From Octopus vulgaris (taxonomy: Eukaryota), in the NCBI GenBank assembly GCA_951406725.2, contig OX597816.1:76446001-76510000 (forward strand): a stretch of DNA of 64,000 nt. Reading direction: 5' to 3'. The translations under genes and the position numbers were made by a program. Shown here piece after piece: positions 42,141 through 56,050 of the stretch. Numbering within the stretch: the stretch's first letter is position 1; every line of letters starts with the position of its first letter. The notes under the pieces were generated by a model. That model searched no databases and was not told the origin of the DNA. It saw only the letters and a list, made by a program, of their open reading frames with translations.

Positions 42141-43540
42141 AAGAAATATACACATTGATGCATTGGGTAATATACTGAAAGATAAGTACAGAGTTAGTTC
42201 AATGCCGTAATAGATTAACACAAAGACAGGTTTGGACGCGCGCAGCTGACTGTATTAGTATGTGTGTGTTTGTGTCATGTGCATTACTGTGAATGTGTGC
42301 AATGTCTATATGTGTGTTAGTATGTGTCTGTTTGTGAACTTGCTCGAATATGTGTGTAGCTGTGTGCATAATCAATTATTTTGTTTGCTTGTAGTCGATA
42401 ATGTCTTTTACATCTATGTGGTTAGAGGTCTGTTTAATTACGCATAAAGCTTCAGCATTACGGATTAAAGGAATTGAGAAGTTATGCAGTCTTTGAAAAT
42501 GTATCCGTGAAAATGAAAATGCAAATTTTCATTAGCTAATGCCTTTCCATTATATATATATGTGTCTCTATGCTCGTGTCCTCATGTATGTGTGCATGGA
42601 TGTGAACGTCCATATGTGCGTCTATGTGCGCATTTTTGTGTTTACATACACCTAATTTTACAGTAAGACTATATACATATTGCATATGTAAATACCTCTT
42701 TGTACAATACACGTACACGCATAAACACACACGTGCCTGCAGGCACACATACACATATATATGCACTAACACATGCACTGCACTACACGCACACAAATGT
42801 ATTTATCTATAGATAATCATGAGTCGATGTATCTGTTCGAGTACTTGCGTTTCGGTGTGTATGTTTGTGTATTTGTCCGTATTTGAGTATGTGGTTGTGC
42901 GTAGGTTTGTTTGCGCATGTCTACTTTTATCACAATCTTTGTATGGAGACAAAAGGAAATAAATCAAAACGACAATAAATTAGAATATTGTGTTTCAAAT
43001 ATGCCTTTCGAGTGAAACGGATGCGCTGATTATCAACCCTGAAACGTCTCCATTCTTCTACTCAACTTTTTATCTATTCAAATTTTATTGCAACTCTACA
43101 TGTGCTTCCAAACAACCAAATAATGCAATGTAGAAATATCTTGTTATTTCAGCAACTGCGATATTTGAAATAATTCTCAAATATACTGCATTGAAAGGCG
43201 GCTATTCAACGATAAATGTGAAAAATGTTAAAGATAAAATCAAAATAATCTAATAATATTCACTCATTTTATTCTATTTTTTTCCTTCACCGCCTATCAT
43301 AACAATTGCTATATTCGGCTTTTTGTGTGGAGAGAAATATCAAAATATAATCGACAACAAAACCGATTTATTAAGACGCCATTTGTTAAAGACGACGCTA
43401 ATCTTCAATGACGAATTTCCGTTCTTGCTAAGAATAATTCCACTTCTCCTTTACACTTTCCAGATGCTAATTGTACAGGCGATACTTCTAACCATTATTT
43501 CCTTTTTGTTTTTCAGAACGAGAGATAAATATAACACTAG

Positions 43541-43613
<73 letters not shown>

Positions 43614-44039
43614 TCATTCCTATATTAATATGCTTTTCGGTAAATATGCAGTCTATTTATCTATCTGCCTATATACATATATTCATACATAGATTCATAT
43701 GATCCACTACATCAATACACACACATATTTACATAATTATGGATGCGTGTGTTTACACTACCTGGTTAGATCAACATCTTAAGTGAAACAGATAAAGTGT
43801 GAAGATATAGGAGTGTGTATGTATATTACAGTGCATATGTGTATATACAGAGAAAAAGAAAGACAAGGAAACATCTATGAAACAGGAGAGGCTTTTCATA
43901 GATATAATATTTATATTCATGGATATTTAGAGGGTGCTAACTGACAAGCATGCAGAAAAGAACATCTCTGACATAAAATATTACCGGAAAATACGTTTAT
44001 ATAAAAGGATAGGTGTTTATGCGTGTGTGAAAATTTTGT

Positions 44040-46780
44040 TTTAGTACTTCCAGTAAATAAGAATATTATGAATGAAGAATTATTGTCTTGTAGACTTTGT
44101 ATAGTGCAGATCGAGCAGATCTGCAAAAATATAAGCTGTCGACTAAGTTTGATCAGCAAAGCTAAAGCTCCAGGTATGCTACAGTGCCGTTTTCTTTTTT
44201 CTGCCTTTATGTCTCTCAGTCTGATGATTCTGCTGATATCACCCAGCAGACCCCCAATAATGGTTAATTCGAACGCATTAACTGCTATTAGAGGCGTACA
44301 TTCAAGTAGTGTCTGGAGATAATGAAGTGATTAAGGTTAATGACATTGGATTTGTGTGTGTGTAATTGTAGGTCAAAATGACTGGAAACAGAATTTGTGG
44401 GTCAGCGTTTGAGCAAGTTGAAGGATTGTGGTGGGGGTTTGTGCATCCAGTGACCAGAAATCTGAGTATTGGTGCTTGTTGCAGCTAAATGTTTCCCTCA
44501 CATGGTCATTCTATCTGTTACGTTTAACACTTTTGTTCCGTCTCTGTGGTGTCTGTGCTGGAATGTAAATTGGACTATTTCTTCTGCGTGTTGTTTTTTA
44601 ATTTGTTATAATATTTTTTTTGTTATTTGGGAGATATAGACAAAATAAAACCGATGCAAACTTGTGATGGATTGAATGTGTTGTATCAACAGTAAATTTC
44701 TTATTTATTTATTTGTGTTGAGAAAATATGTGAGTGCTGACGTACGCTTGCGCGCCGATTTGTTTTGTTTGCCATGTTTTCTACCTCTATATAGAATGAT
44801 GTAGAGGCATGGTATGAAATTCGGAGTATTTTATTTTCTCTGTGTATTGTGTTTATATTGTTCAGTGTAGCGGTTGATTGCAAATTAGTATTCTCTTATG
44901 TTGTCTGCAAGACGGATGATAATGGATGAATGAGAAGTAGAACACGCTGGAATAGTTTTCCCGTATCTTTCCTTGTGAAACTTACCCTACATTTACTGAA
45001 AACCCAGTCGCTATTGTAGTGCTAATTGTGAAGTACATCATTTTAAGGAAGAGAAATATTTAAGATAAGTGGTTAATGAAAATTAATAGTCTACAATTCT
45101 AATATGGTTGGTATGTCTACGTGCTTATTTATTTATCTTATGTACTCTTCTCCAAACTAAATTATTCCAATCAGGGAGTATTACCAACACTTTTTTACTA
45201 TGTGTATTTTTTTAAGCATCAGCCACTGTTAGTTTCCTTGAACTCTATAAGTTAATTGTGTTGTTTACAATTTCAGTGAAATTGCTTTGAGAAAGTATCA
45301 CCCACACCTAAGCGCTACGTGTCTGCTATCATATCTCACAACTTCTTTTTGCAGAAATATGTTTATATGTGAACAGTTCTGATAAAACAAAACACATTCA
45401 GTTATAATCTAAACTAATCATCCCCTTTTAAAATGAAACAGGTTAATATCTATTTGAATTCAGATCTTCTAGCTTAAACAGCTCATATGTTGTTCATTTC
45501 ATTAGGGAACAATTCCCAGAGATTTGAATAACTAAAGTCTAATTTTCCCCCCAAGTGGGTGTTGTCATTCTTACCTACAGTACAACACAATTTGTTATGT
45601 TAAGTTGGTGCGCTGTATTTATTTCGGATATAATCAGAGCAGCTCTCTTTAGATTGCCAAGTCTTGTTCAGGTGGTCAGTTTATATTGCTTGTACAGATA
45701 GCTTCCAATAATTCAGACATCACTCAGACACGCAGCTTTGAAGAAATTATCTGAGTGAACTCGTGGTACTGATGCTGATATACAATTCTTATTGATTCTA
45801 TTCATCTTATAAAGCCCTTCGTTTTCGATTTCAGATCTTTGACAAAATTATTCCTCTCCTATTAATAAGGAGCTCTGCTTGCATAAGTATTGTTTTATCT
45901 TATGCACAATACATGAATTACCACCAAAATTTTGCATAATGTTGCTTCATTGTGGTAGTCTTTTTCGAGAACAGATTGTTTTGGGCAGCTTCTTTAATTC
46001 TTGCTTTGAAATTATTAATTAATTCTGGTGAGGTTGAAGTGTGAATTCTGCAGATTTTTCACAAAATCAAGTCAGTGTATTGTGAGTTATCGTTCCTTTT
46101 ATTCCTCGTGACTGTTATGATATATCTTATCATAAAATGGCGATGCTGATAAATTTCCCTAGCATTGCTGTTCTTCTGAATTGTTTATATTGATATATTT
46201 CATTACCACTTGTACTGCAGGTGTTCCTTCAGACTGACAGCAGCTGCATACAGACTTGTATTGAAAATCTAGCACGTGTTATCATAGCGTTGGGTGAATA
46301 ACGTTTAAAATTAAAGCGATTGGTTTACACACTACCCACTCAAAAGATGATTTCTCCTCTAAAAATACATTTAAAATTAATCAAATTGCTGATTTAAGAG
46401 TTGTGTATCCTATCAAATCAGTTTCAGACTGAAATATATATTTAGGTGGATAATGGTAGCCATGATACGAAGTTCTTGGTTGATGTGTGTTTAGCGTTCG
46501 CTTCAATAGCAAATTTTGGATGAATATTTTTTTATTAATAATCCACCAACATTGGATTTAGAAGAACAATTCCTATTCGTGGTAGGTTTTTTTTTGTCTG
46601 TTAAGAAATCTGCTTGTTGTGGAAGCCGTTTATTGCGTTGGTGGGCGGTTAAATTCGGTTGGATTAATTTATCTGCTTCGTATAACGAATAAACAGATAT
46701 GGGTAGGTGTTTTAATAACACCATAAGTCGTAATCTAAAAGCAAAGATCAAATGAAGTAGTTAGAATTCTTGACGACGCC
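44040..46780 (-). mobile_element. Highly decayed LINE-like relic (tentative)
   Basis: Strong T/G plus-strand skew over 2.7 kb with no microsatellites; protein-like minus-strand snippets (IIRLRDIKAEKRNGTVAYLEL resembles RT domain 3). Confidence 0.3.
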
Positions 46781-47570
46781 TTAGAGGGTTCACATGTTTG
46801 GTACCATCGTTATATAAGTATATACATGAGTGTATATACTTATATACATAATAGATATCTATATATATAAATATGTGTATTCATAAAACGTATGTGTACG
46901 TGCGTTAGAATTGGAATGTCTGTTTACATGGTGTCCATTAAGAGATACAAATATCTGTGGTGTGGTGAACGGGATAAACAGCAGATTAAACAAACGATTT
47001 AGAAACCTACTTAATTAGTGTCCTCATGGCATCTACAATAATCATTCAAACACTAATGCCCCGTTTGGTTTGGATACAGTGACACGTGACCCATAAATCA
47101 TGTAATGAGAGGTGACTTACAAGCAGCACAGAATAAATAAGTAAAGAAATAAATTGAAGAATGGAATTTTTTGAGTGATACATCTTGTAAACATAATACC
47201 AATTTGCAGACTTATTGTACTCCCAATTATGTGCATGCATATATACAACATACATAATACATACCTACATACATACATACATACATACATACATACATAC
47301 ATACATACATACATACATACATACATACACACATGCATACATACTTACACACACACATATATATACGTATTTACATACACACACACACACATATATATAT
47401 ATATCGGATATGGCTAAATGTGTGTGTATATACGGTTTGTTTGCATACATACCCATTTGTATATGTTTGTGTATATAATGATATAATCGAAATGTAGGTT
47501 AGGTAAAATATGTTCGTGATATATTTCAACTTCTAAAGGCAAATTGATTGTAGATACTTAAAAAATATAT

Positions 47571-47782
47571 ATCTTTCGTGTAGTAAAATGTCTAAAAACA
47601 CTAAATCTTCACACTGAGGCCCGCTATCGGATTTCTAGACGCAGTATCTCTGGCTCTTTATCCTTCCTTATTGGGGAATACTGATGCAAAGTAAAGAGCC
47701 ACAAACGTTGCGTCTGAGAATCTGATAGAGGCTAGCACTGGGCAGATATAATGTTTTTACACCTTTTACTATAAGAGAGAAT
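47571..47782. repeat. ~210-bp foldback (MITE-like)
   Basis: ctatcggatttctagacgca..tggctcttta pairs with taaagagcca..tgcgtctgagaatctgatag; outer tagtaaaatgtctaaaaaca pairs with tgtttttacaccttttacta. Confidence 0.75.
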
Positions 47783-48014
47783 CTTTTTCTCCACTGTAAC
47801 TGCAGTGAATTTACCTTTAGAAGCTGAAATGTGCCACAAACATTTCAACTAACCTAAAGCTTGCTTATGCCTACTCACTGCTTGGTGCTGATACTAGTGG
47901 GTATAACAATATGTATATACTTAACATTACGTACATGTACATAAATATCTACATACATTATTGATAAATGCGTATGTATGCATAAGCCTAAATACTTGCA
48001 ATCATACGCCCTGA

Positions 48015-48121
<107 letters not shown>

Positions 48122-48137
48122 GTGTATATATATATAT

Positions 48138-48180
<43 letters not shown>

Positions 48181-48523
48181 TGGAAAGCGAACTCTCTACG
48201 AGTGATATTGATGGCACCGATAGAGTTGTCATCTTCCTGGAATCACTTCTGAACTTACAGAGTTGATTTATTGAATCTTGTGTTAATGGTAACTCGTTCA
48301 TTACCGGATGAACTAAACTTCAGGATGATTTTCCTGGTGATATATTTTCATTGCAAATGGTTTCATTTGAAATGTCCGTAAACATGATATGTGAAAGCAC
48401 TGTTAGTAACTTGTTATGGTTTACTCTACAGATTTTCTATAAAAATGTTTAATATACTTCGTAGTATATTATGGTTGCAAAAGTTAATACCGTGTCCCTA
48501 CAAGGCATTAACATCTTTAGGAA

Positions 48524-48980
48524 GTACATTTTGATGTTAATTTCTGATGCCGTTCGTCAGAGTACATTTAACTGAGTTGCGAATTCCATCTGAACTAAGA
48601 TCAAGTCCAACCAAAACTGTTCACAGTATTCCCCAAAATAACCTAAATTTGGACCCTTTCAACTCTGCTGGTTAGAAAAATAACAGACTTGCTGTCTGAA
48701 AGTGGGTAAATCGTCTGCTAATTGAATTTAGCATTCCATCAGTGAGACGCATTGTTCGTGTTTTATTCAGTGTATCGGACTATTGACCTATTTTCGGTGG
48801 CAAGTCACTTGTTTTTCTAACCAACAGAGTTAAAAGGGTCAAAATTTAGGTCATTTTTAGGAATACTAACAACACGTGTATGAACAATTTTGGTTGGACT
48901 TGTACTTAGTTCAGATGGAATCCGAGATGCAATTAAATGTACCTAACGATGCGGTATCAGTATTTAACACCAAAATGTAC
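48524..48980. repeat. ~460-bp foldback (MITE-like), arms about 190-200 bp
   Basis: attccatctgaactaagatcaagtccaaccaaaa pairs with ttttggttggacttgtacttagttcagatggaat; ctctgctggttagaaaaa pairs with tttttctaaccaacagag. Confidence 0.85.
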
Positions 48981-49400
48981 ATCAAAATGCGAAATTTGCA
49001 GTGTGCACAGACTTGCAACAGAACATACGTTGGTATTGACATAAAAGATACGATTAACTGCATAATATAACCTGGATATATAATGCTCTGCTTTCTTAAA
49101 TATTAATTTATTTCTTCTCTGCCGACAATATTCAGGCTCTATAGAGACATGGATTTACCGATGTGAGGATCTACTGAGGATTGTAAAATAAACTGAAGTG
49201 TATCGAGATTTACTGAGGTTAGCAAGCATTATTAACTGGCATAAGCGAATACGGTACCCGCTAGGATTGAATATCCCTGTTAACAAAATTTGGAAATTTA
49301 CTTTTAAATATATAATATATAATATATAATATATACATTATATATACATTGCATATTAGACATACATGATATATATATTATATGTACATGGATATATATA

Positions 49401-49730
49401 TGGCTCAGTGGTTAGAGCGTCAAGCTTACGATCGTGAGGTTGTGAGCTCGAATCCCAGACCGGGCTGCGTGTTGTGTTCTTGAGCAAAGCACTTTATTTC
49501 ACGTTGCTCCAGTTCACTCAGCTGTAGAAATGAGTTGCGACGTCACAGGTGCCAAGCTGTATCGACCTTTGTCTTTCCCTTGGATAACATTGGTGGCGTG
49601 GAGAGGGAAGGCTGGTATGCATGGGCGACTGCTGGTCTTCCATAAACAACCTTGCCCGGATTTGTGTCTAGGAGGGTAACTTTCTAGGTGCAATCCCATG
49701 GTCACTCATGACCGAAGGGGGTCTTTACCC

Positions 49731-49731
<1 letters not shown>
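49401..49731 (+). mobile_element. Full-length tRNA-derived SINE (CORE-like centre, LINE-like tail) in (TA)n
   Basis: A box tggctcagtgg, B-box-like gagctcgaatcc, centre gtgttcttgagcaaagcactttatttc. Confidence 0.85.
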
Positions 49732-49786
<55 letters not shown>

Positions 49787-50059
49787 GGAAAATACACATC
49801 ATGTACAGGAGGGCACCAACCAGTGAAAAAAACGTAAACATAATCACAATGAGGTTATTTAAACCTCCTATAGGCATATTTATCTGAGGACAATAAAAAT
49901 TACATTAGGGTACGTTTGGGATACATAGATTATACAGACATGATTATTATGTGTGTATGTATACGTGTGTGTATGTATACGTCTGGGTATATATACGTGT
50001 GTGTGTGTGTGTGTGTACGCATGCATTAAAATTATTCCTTTTATTTCAATCCAATAATC

Positions 50060-50139
<80 letters not shown>

Positions 50140-50206
50140 AAGAAGAAGAAGAAGAACAAGAAGAACAAGAAGAACAAGAAGAAAAAGAAGAAGGAGAAGG
50201 AGAAGG

Positions 50207-50268
<62 letters not shown>

Positions 50269-50292
50269 AAGAAGAAGAAGAAGAAGAAGAAG
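50060..50292. repeat. Compound (AAT)n(AAG)n(AGT)n microsatellite
   Basis: Direct reading. Confidence 0.95.
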
Positions 50293-50745
50293 CAGAATCG
50301 CAAATGATGCGTCACGTGATATTCGGGTAAAGAAATATAATGAATAAAATAAAATAAAGGTGAAATAAAATCTATGTTCATGGAACAAAACAAAGCAAAA
50401 GTGTGACAAAATTTATATTCATGCTTGCGCACGCGTGAGTGCATATCTGCCTATGTATATAAGTACACACAAACGCGCACGCGCACGGACACACACATAC
50501 ATACACACACATTTATATATATTATATATATATATATATAATACATTTCTAAATCTCTCAGAATGATTTATGCAGTAGTGATGCGATAAAGTGTTTGTAT
50601 TCTGCCAACTTAATGTGACAGTCCCATGAGGGGAATAATACTACTGCTATTTAGTCCCAGGAAGCAACAACGCTTTCTGTCGGCAACAACGCTTCCTTAT
50701 ATTTACAAGGGGGAGATAAGCACCTCCACCCAGATAATCTAACAA

Positions 50746-50786
50746 CCGGAGACTAGTTTCTGAGTCTTTGCTCGTTATCAGTCTGG
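50746..50786 (-). ncRNA. Degenerate minimal hammerhead
   Basis: Minus: ccaga-CTGATAA-cgagcaaagactca-GAAACTAGTC-tccgg. Confidence 0.55.
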
Positions 50787-50994
50787 AGTAGTATGGCTAT
50801 TTTCTTTATTATAGGCAAAAGCTCTGATATATAGAAGGGACATACAACGGATATGCGGAGACATGAAGACGGATGAAAATGATAAATGAAATGAGCATAA
50901 ATATGATGCATATGAGACGGGTGCCTCTCATACAGTCTTTACAATAAGACTTTATGATTAAAGAAACAATTAAACTTTACAATTAACTTAACTC

Positions 50995-51190
50995 ACCGTA
51001 CCGTCGCAGTCCCCGATTGTTGTCTTGTCAATAGAAGTTGGATTTGAAGACAAATACGTTATTCTCCAAGATGAATTTTAGCATTGCTATTACGAATTCT
51101 TTTATGACGCGATGTGGGAGTTCATGGGAGCAATTCTCTAGCAGAATTGAGTTACCTCAATTCCTAGGCTGTGGGGTATATATACCATAC
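50995..51190 (-). mobile_element. Penelope-like RT fragment
   Basis: IPHSLGIEV and [22 protein letters not shown] resemble the PLE RT motifs IPH.LG.EA and IL.NN.F.F...Y.Q..G.AMG. Confidence 0.65.
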
Positions 51191-51215
51191 ATTCATACAT
51201 ACATACATACATACA

Positions 51216-51297
<82 letters not shown>

Positions 51298-51380
51298 CAT
51301 ATACATATATATATATACACATATATATATATATACACATATGTATACACACACACACACAGACACATATATATATAGCC

Positions 51381-51770
51381 GTAGGAGAGGCTGTGTGGTA
51401 AGTAGCTTGCTTACGAACCACATGGTTCCGGGTTCAGTCTCACTACGTAACACCTTGGGCAAGTGTTTTCTACTTTAGCCTCGGGCCGACCAAAGCCTTG
51501 TGAGTGGATTTGGTAGACGGAAACTGAAAGAAGCTCGTCGTATATATGTATATATGTATATGTATGTGTGTATGTATACGTTTGTGTGCCTGTGTTTATC
51601 CCCACAACATCGTTTGACAACAGATGCTGGTGTGTTTACGTCCCCTAACTTAGCGGTTCAGCAAAAGAGACCGATAGAATAAGTACTAGGCTTACAATTT
51701 TTTCGACTAAAGGCGGTGTTCCAGCATGGCAGAAGTCAAATGACTGAAACGAATAAAAGAATAAAAGAAT
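51381..51770 (+). mobile_element. SINE family A
   Basis: Matches 60848-61290. Confidence 0.85.
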
Positions 51771-51840
51771 ATATATATATATTAATAAAAGGAATTCCAA
51801 CCTTGTCTGATTTTCACGTTTTATTTTCAATCTTATAACG

Positions 51841-51905
51841 ATATAATATAATATAATATAATATAATATAATATAATATAATATAATATAATATAATATA
51901 ATATA
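51841..51905. repeat. (ATATA)n pentanucleotide microsatellite
   Basis: Direct reading. Confidence 0.9.
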
Positions 51906-52082
51906 ATAAAATAATAGAATGTTAAATGTTCATTCTGATTGAACTAGTACTTTCATGCATTAAATTCTGCAATCTTCAGGTTCATATATTAGTGCTGACA
52001 GTCATGCTTCACAATTATATATATAAAATCCTTAAATCCTTAAAAATATTTTAGCCTGAAGGCCGCGGCCATGCTGGGGCAC

Positions 52083-52117
<35 letters not shown>

Positions 52118-52390
52118 GTATACATAAATAAATAAGGTATACATTTACACACGTATCCACATGTATAAACATAGGAACATGAACATACAAATCGCAAAAG
52201 TATTAAACATACTTTTGCACCAAAATATAAATGACATATGATCTATCAAACGTTCACCAACATGAATGTATAATTGACAACCAATATAATAACATCGGAA
52301 GAAAATACCCACGCACACGCACATATATATCTATATATCTATATATAAACACACACAATAAAACAGATTAAGAGACATCCATATTGTTTA

Positions 52391-52435
<45 letters not shown>

Positions 52436-52470
52436 AACCGATTATATCATCGACTCCATCAATTCTTAGA

Positions 52471-52509
52471 GATATCTGAAGAAGGAATTTTTATTCCGAA
52501 TATAATATC
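52471..52509 (+). ncRNA. Minimal hammerhead motif (one A missing from GAAA)
   Basis: gatat-CTGAAGA-a-ggaat ttt(t) attcc-GAA-tata-atatc; stems I and II pair perfectly. Confidence 0.55.
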
Positions 52510-53246
52510 AGACTACAGATAATTAAATTACAACAGTTCTTATAGTCCAATTTTTGTATTATAGTGCATTGTTGTGTCATTCAAAACATATATATATATA
52601 TATTTTATATATATAAGTATTTTCTAGCCAAAGTATGCGGTAAAATATCAGCTGCTGAGATAGCAGGTGTATAAAAATACGAATTTTCGTAACGGGATCA
52701 AAAAATCAACTAATAGACTCGTACGTGAATTAAACTGCGGCATTGTAAACGTTTGTGGTATGTTTTAAACTATCCATTCGTTTTTGTTTACTGTATATAA
52801 GCGCGGGTGCGTGTGTATGTGTGTATATGCACCTGTGTGTATATATACTAAATACGTGTGTGGGCATAAAGAGGGAAGACGAAAAAATGCAAAATGACAG
52901 AAAAGATAAATACTCGGATAGATACACATGTAAATGTTTTAGTATTGTATCAAATTTTCAATATATAATTTCGACGTTATAATCTATTTACATAACGCCG
53001 CTTCATTGTTTTTAATAACAAAGTTTGAGATATCATTACGAAGATAAATAATATTAAAAATCTCTTTGAACACCTGTCTTCCTCGGCTTAAGAGAATACG
53101 ATAATCAGATCATGTGATTTATTATATACAGAGAAATCTGCTCTGTGAGTGTTTGTATTGGCAGATATGTTTCACATACATAATTTACAATATGTTTAGC
53201 AAAAACATAAATTGAACGGGTATACACATAACCGTACATATACGTG

Positions 53247-53484
<238 letters not shown>

Positions 53485-53779
53485 TCTATACATATGATGT
53501 AGATATTGTAAGCGTTTTGACAAGAGATCTAAATATATTGCAGTTTTAAAGCAAGATCTGGAACATGTAATTTCATCTTTTCTTATGCGATGCAAATATA
53601 ATCTTTGAGGAAGGAAATCAAAACATCCATGATATTTCAAAGTTAAAAACAGAGTGTAAAAAAGAATCCTCCATCTTCCTTCAATCAAGCAAAGAAAATA
53701 GTCTAAGAAAAATTCTCTCCCAGGGAAACATCTAAAGAGAGCTTTTGATAGCCGTGTGTGTATGTGTGTGTGTATGATA

Positions 53780-53830
<51 letters not shown>

Positions 53831-54146
53831 CCGTTTATGTATAAAAATGTGTCCGTTTATGTATATGCGTTTATATATATATATATATATATATATTCCT
53901 TTAATGAATCTTAAGCTGAAATGGAAACGTAGCTACCGATAAATAAATAATAACGTATACAGAATGTCGGTTAAATATACCCCTTAGACGGAAATAGAAT
54001 CTAAAGTGTATATATACCCGATATATTTTACATGCTTTTATTTACGTAATGACAGCTTCATTTTGTATTTTAGTTCCATAAAACGGAACTTATTTTCAGG
54101 TCTTTCTTTCTCTCTCTCTCTCGCTCGCTGTTTCCCTGTATATTTA

Positions 54147-54203
<57 letters not shown>

Positions 54204-54389
54204 AAATAGGTGTATTTCCACCCAGGAAAAAAGATAGGAAAATTTGTTGTAGAAAATTTGAAAGACTTGTAATTTTTTTAAAGGATATTTATTTACATAT
54301 ATCAAATTAATTTGAATATTTTTGGTTTATCAATGGTAAAAACCTCAAATTATGAATTAGAAAATCATGTTTAGAAGTTTCAATAAAGA

Positions 54390-54680
54390 CAAATATGATT
54401 TAATTGTTCATAACATTCAATAAAATAAAAAATGTATATCATCTTGTTTAAATGCAATACATTCAATGACGTTAGAAGTGATCGATAAGAAATGTGGATA
54501 ATCAAAGGTTCGGTCATACTGATTCAAGAGTCACTAATATCAAATATGATTTAAATGCTCACAACATTCAATAATATAAAAAAATGTGGATCATCTTCTT
54601 TAAATGTACAAAATTCAATAGTGTTAGAATTGATGGATAAGAAATGTGGATCACTGAAGTTTCGGTCATACTGAGTTAAG
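54390..54680. repeat. Diverged ~150-bp tandem duplication
   Basis: caaatatgatttaa...gataagaaatgtggat...ttcggtcatactga occurs twice (from 54390 and 54541). Confidence 0.85.
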
Positions 54681-54699
54681 ATGAAGAAAAAAATGGGAG

Positions 54700-55430
54700 A
54701 AATGAAGATAGTAAAAAGGTTCGTTTACAGCTTCTGTGTTTCTTTTTCCGCCTTGTGTAGGGATTTTAGCTTGTAACGGCGTTATTTTGGAATCCGGTGT
54801 ATTTATAATTTTTTTTACGTGAACGGATTTGATTTTTGATTCGTTAAAGTACTGGTGACGTCCTCTAGTGGTCAGATTTGTCTTTCTGCCTAGTAGGCTT
54901 CGCTGTGGTGAACGGTCATAAATCGTTCCAGTTGGTTGATTCTCTTAAAGGGTCATTTTGTTGTATTTGCAGAAGTTCGGTTCTGATCGGAGGTAAAATT
55001 TCATTAGTCTAGATTTAGGTGACGTCAGCAATTGGTGTTTGTAAATCTACATAGGTCTATAGTTAGGTGACGTCATCAACAGGTGTTTGTATGGTGTTAT
55101 TGTATAGTGATTTGGAGTTGCGTTTGGAAACACGCGTGAAAGACTGTTACCAAAGTTGTTTTTTAAAATTATGTCTGTTGTATCTGGTTGTTTTTTGAGG
55201 AGAAATTGGGTATTTTTTCCTTTTTCTCTTTAGTAATTTTTCTTCTTTCTAAAGGATATTCAGCTGTAGTTTATATTTTCTAATGAGTATGTTTTCCTTA
55301 TGCAAACGGAATTGGGTTGAAGTGTTTCCGGTGCATTGATAGAGAGGGAAGATTTTGTATTTCGGGTTTATGTTCTAAGTGTTTTCTTACGGGAATTTCC
55401 CTGGTCGTAGGGTCCTCGATTTGTTGCCTG
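54700..55430 (-). mobile_element. Penelope-like element, GIY-YIG C-terminus and 3' region
   Basis: HRQQIEDPTTREIPVRKHLE motif. Confidence 0.6.
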
Positions 55431-55499
55431 TGTGGGAGAAGGACGTTCTGTAACCTCCACCCACCGATGACTTGAAGATTCACCAAGCTCGAGAGATGT

Positions 55500-56050
55500 T
55501 TCTGGCGAACTGACAGATGAACCTCGATGAGATGACATTATTTTGCATACGAAGCAATCCACGCTTAGCTTCACTTCCGTTAAATCTTTGTGAGAGCTTG
55601 CCGAAAGGTATAACCGCAATCATGTTGAGATCTGTCAAGGCATACTCGAACCTATAACGATGGGCAAGGGTGGGGTAAATAGTCACAGGCGATGAGACCC
55701 GCATCTATCACTTCGAGCCATAATCCAGAATGCAGAGTATGGAGTGGAAAGACACGAAATCGCTAGCAATAAAGCGTTTCAAGTCTCAGCCTTCAGCAGA
55801 AAACATAATACTAACCGTTTTTTTTTTGTTTTTGACTGTACTGGAACATTACCTGCAAAAAGGAATCTACAGTCACAAGCGTTGGCTACACTGAAAAACT
55901 GCAAGTCTGTTACTCTGAACTGTTTCTCGTGCACAACAGAGATAACCCAAACTTTACTCGTCAGCAAGATATAAGGTTACAAATCGTGATCGAATCTAGA
56001 ATACGTCATTGCACCTTAATCATGACGAGTTTACAACGAGAGCCTTTACG
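55500..56050 (+). mobile_element. Mariner transposase pseudogene fragment
   Basis: IVTGDETRIYHFEP*SRMQSMEWK...KRFKSQPSAENIILTVFF: first catalytic-D region of mariner. Confidence 0.85.

Noticed and set aside
49401-49465. tRNA gene
   Set aside because: The tRNA-like head continues into a SINE body; no complete cloverleaf.
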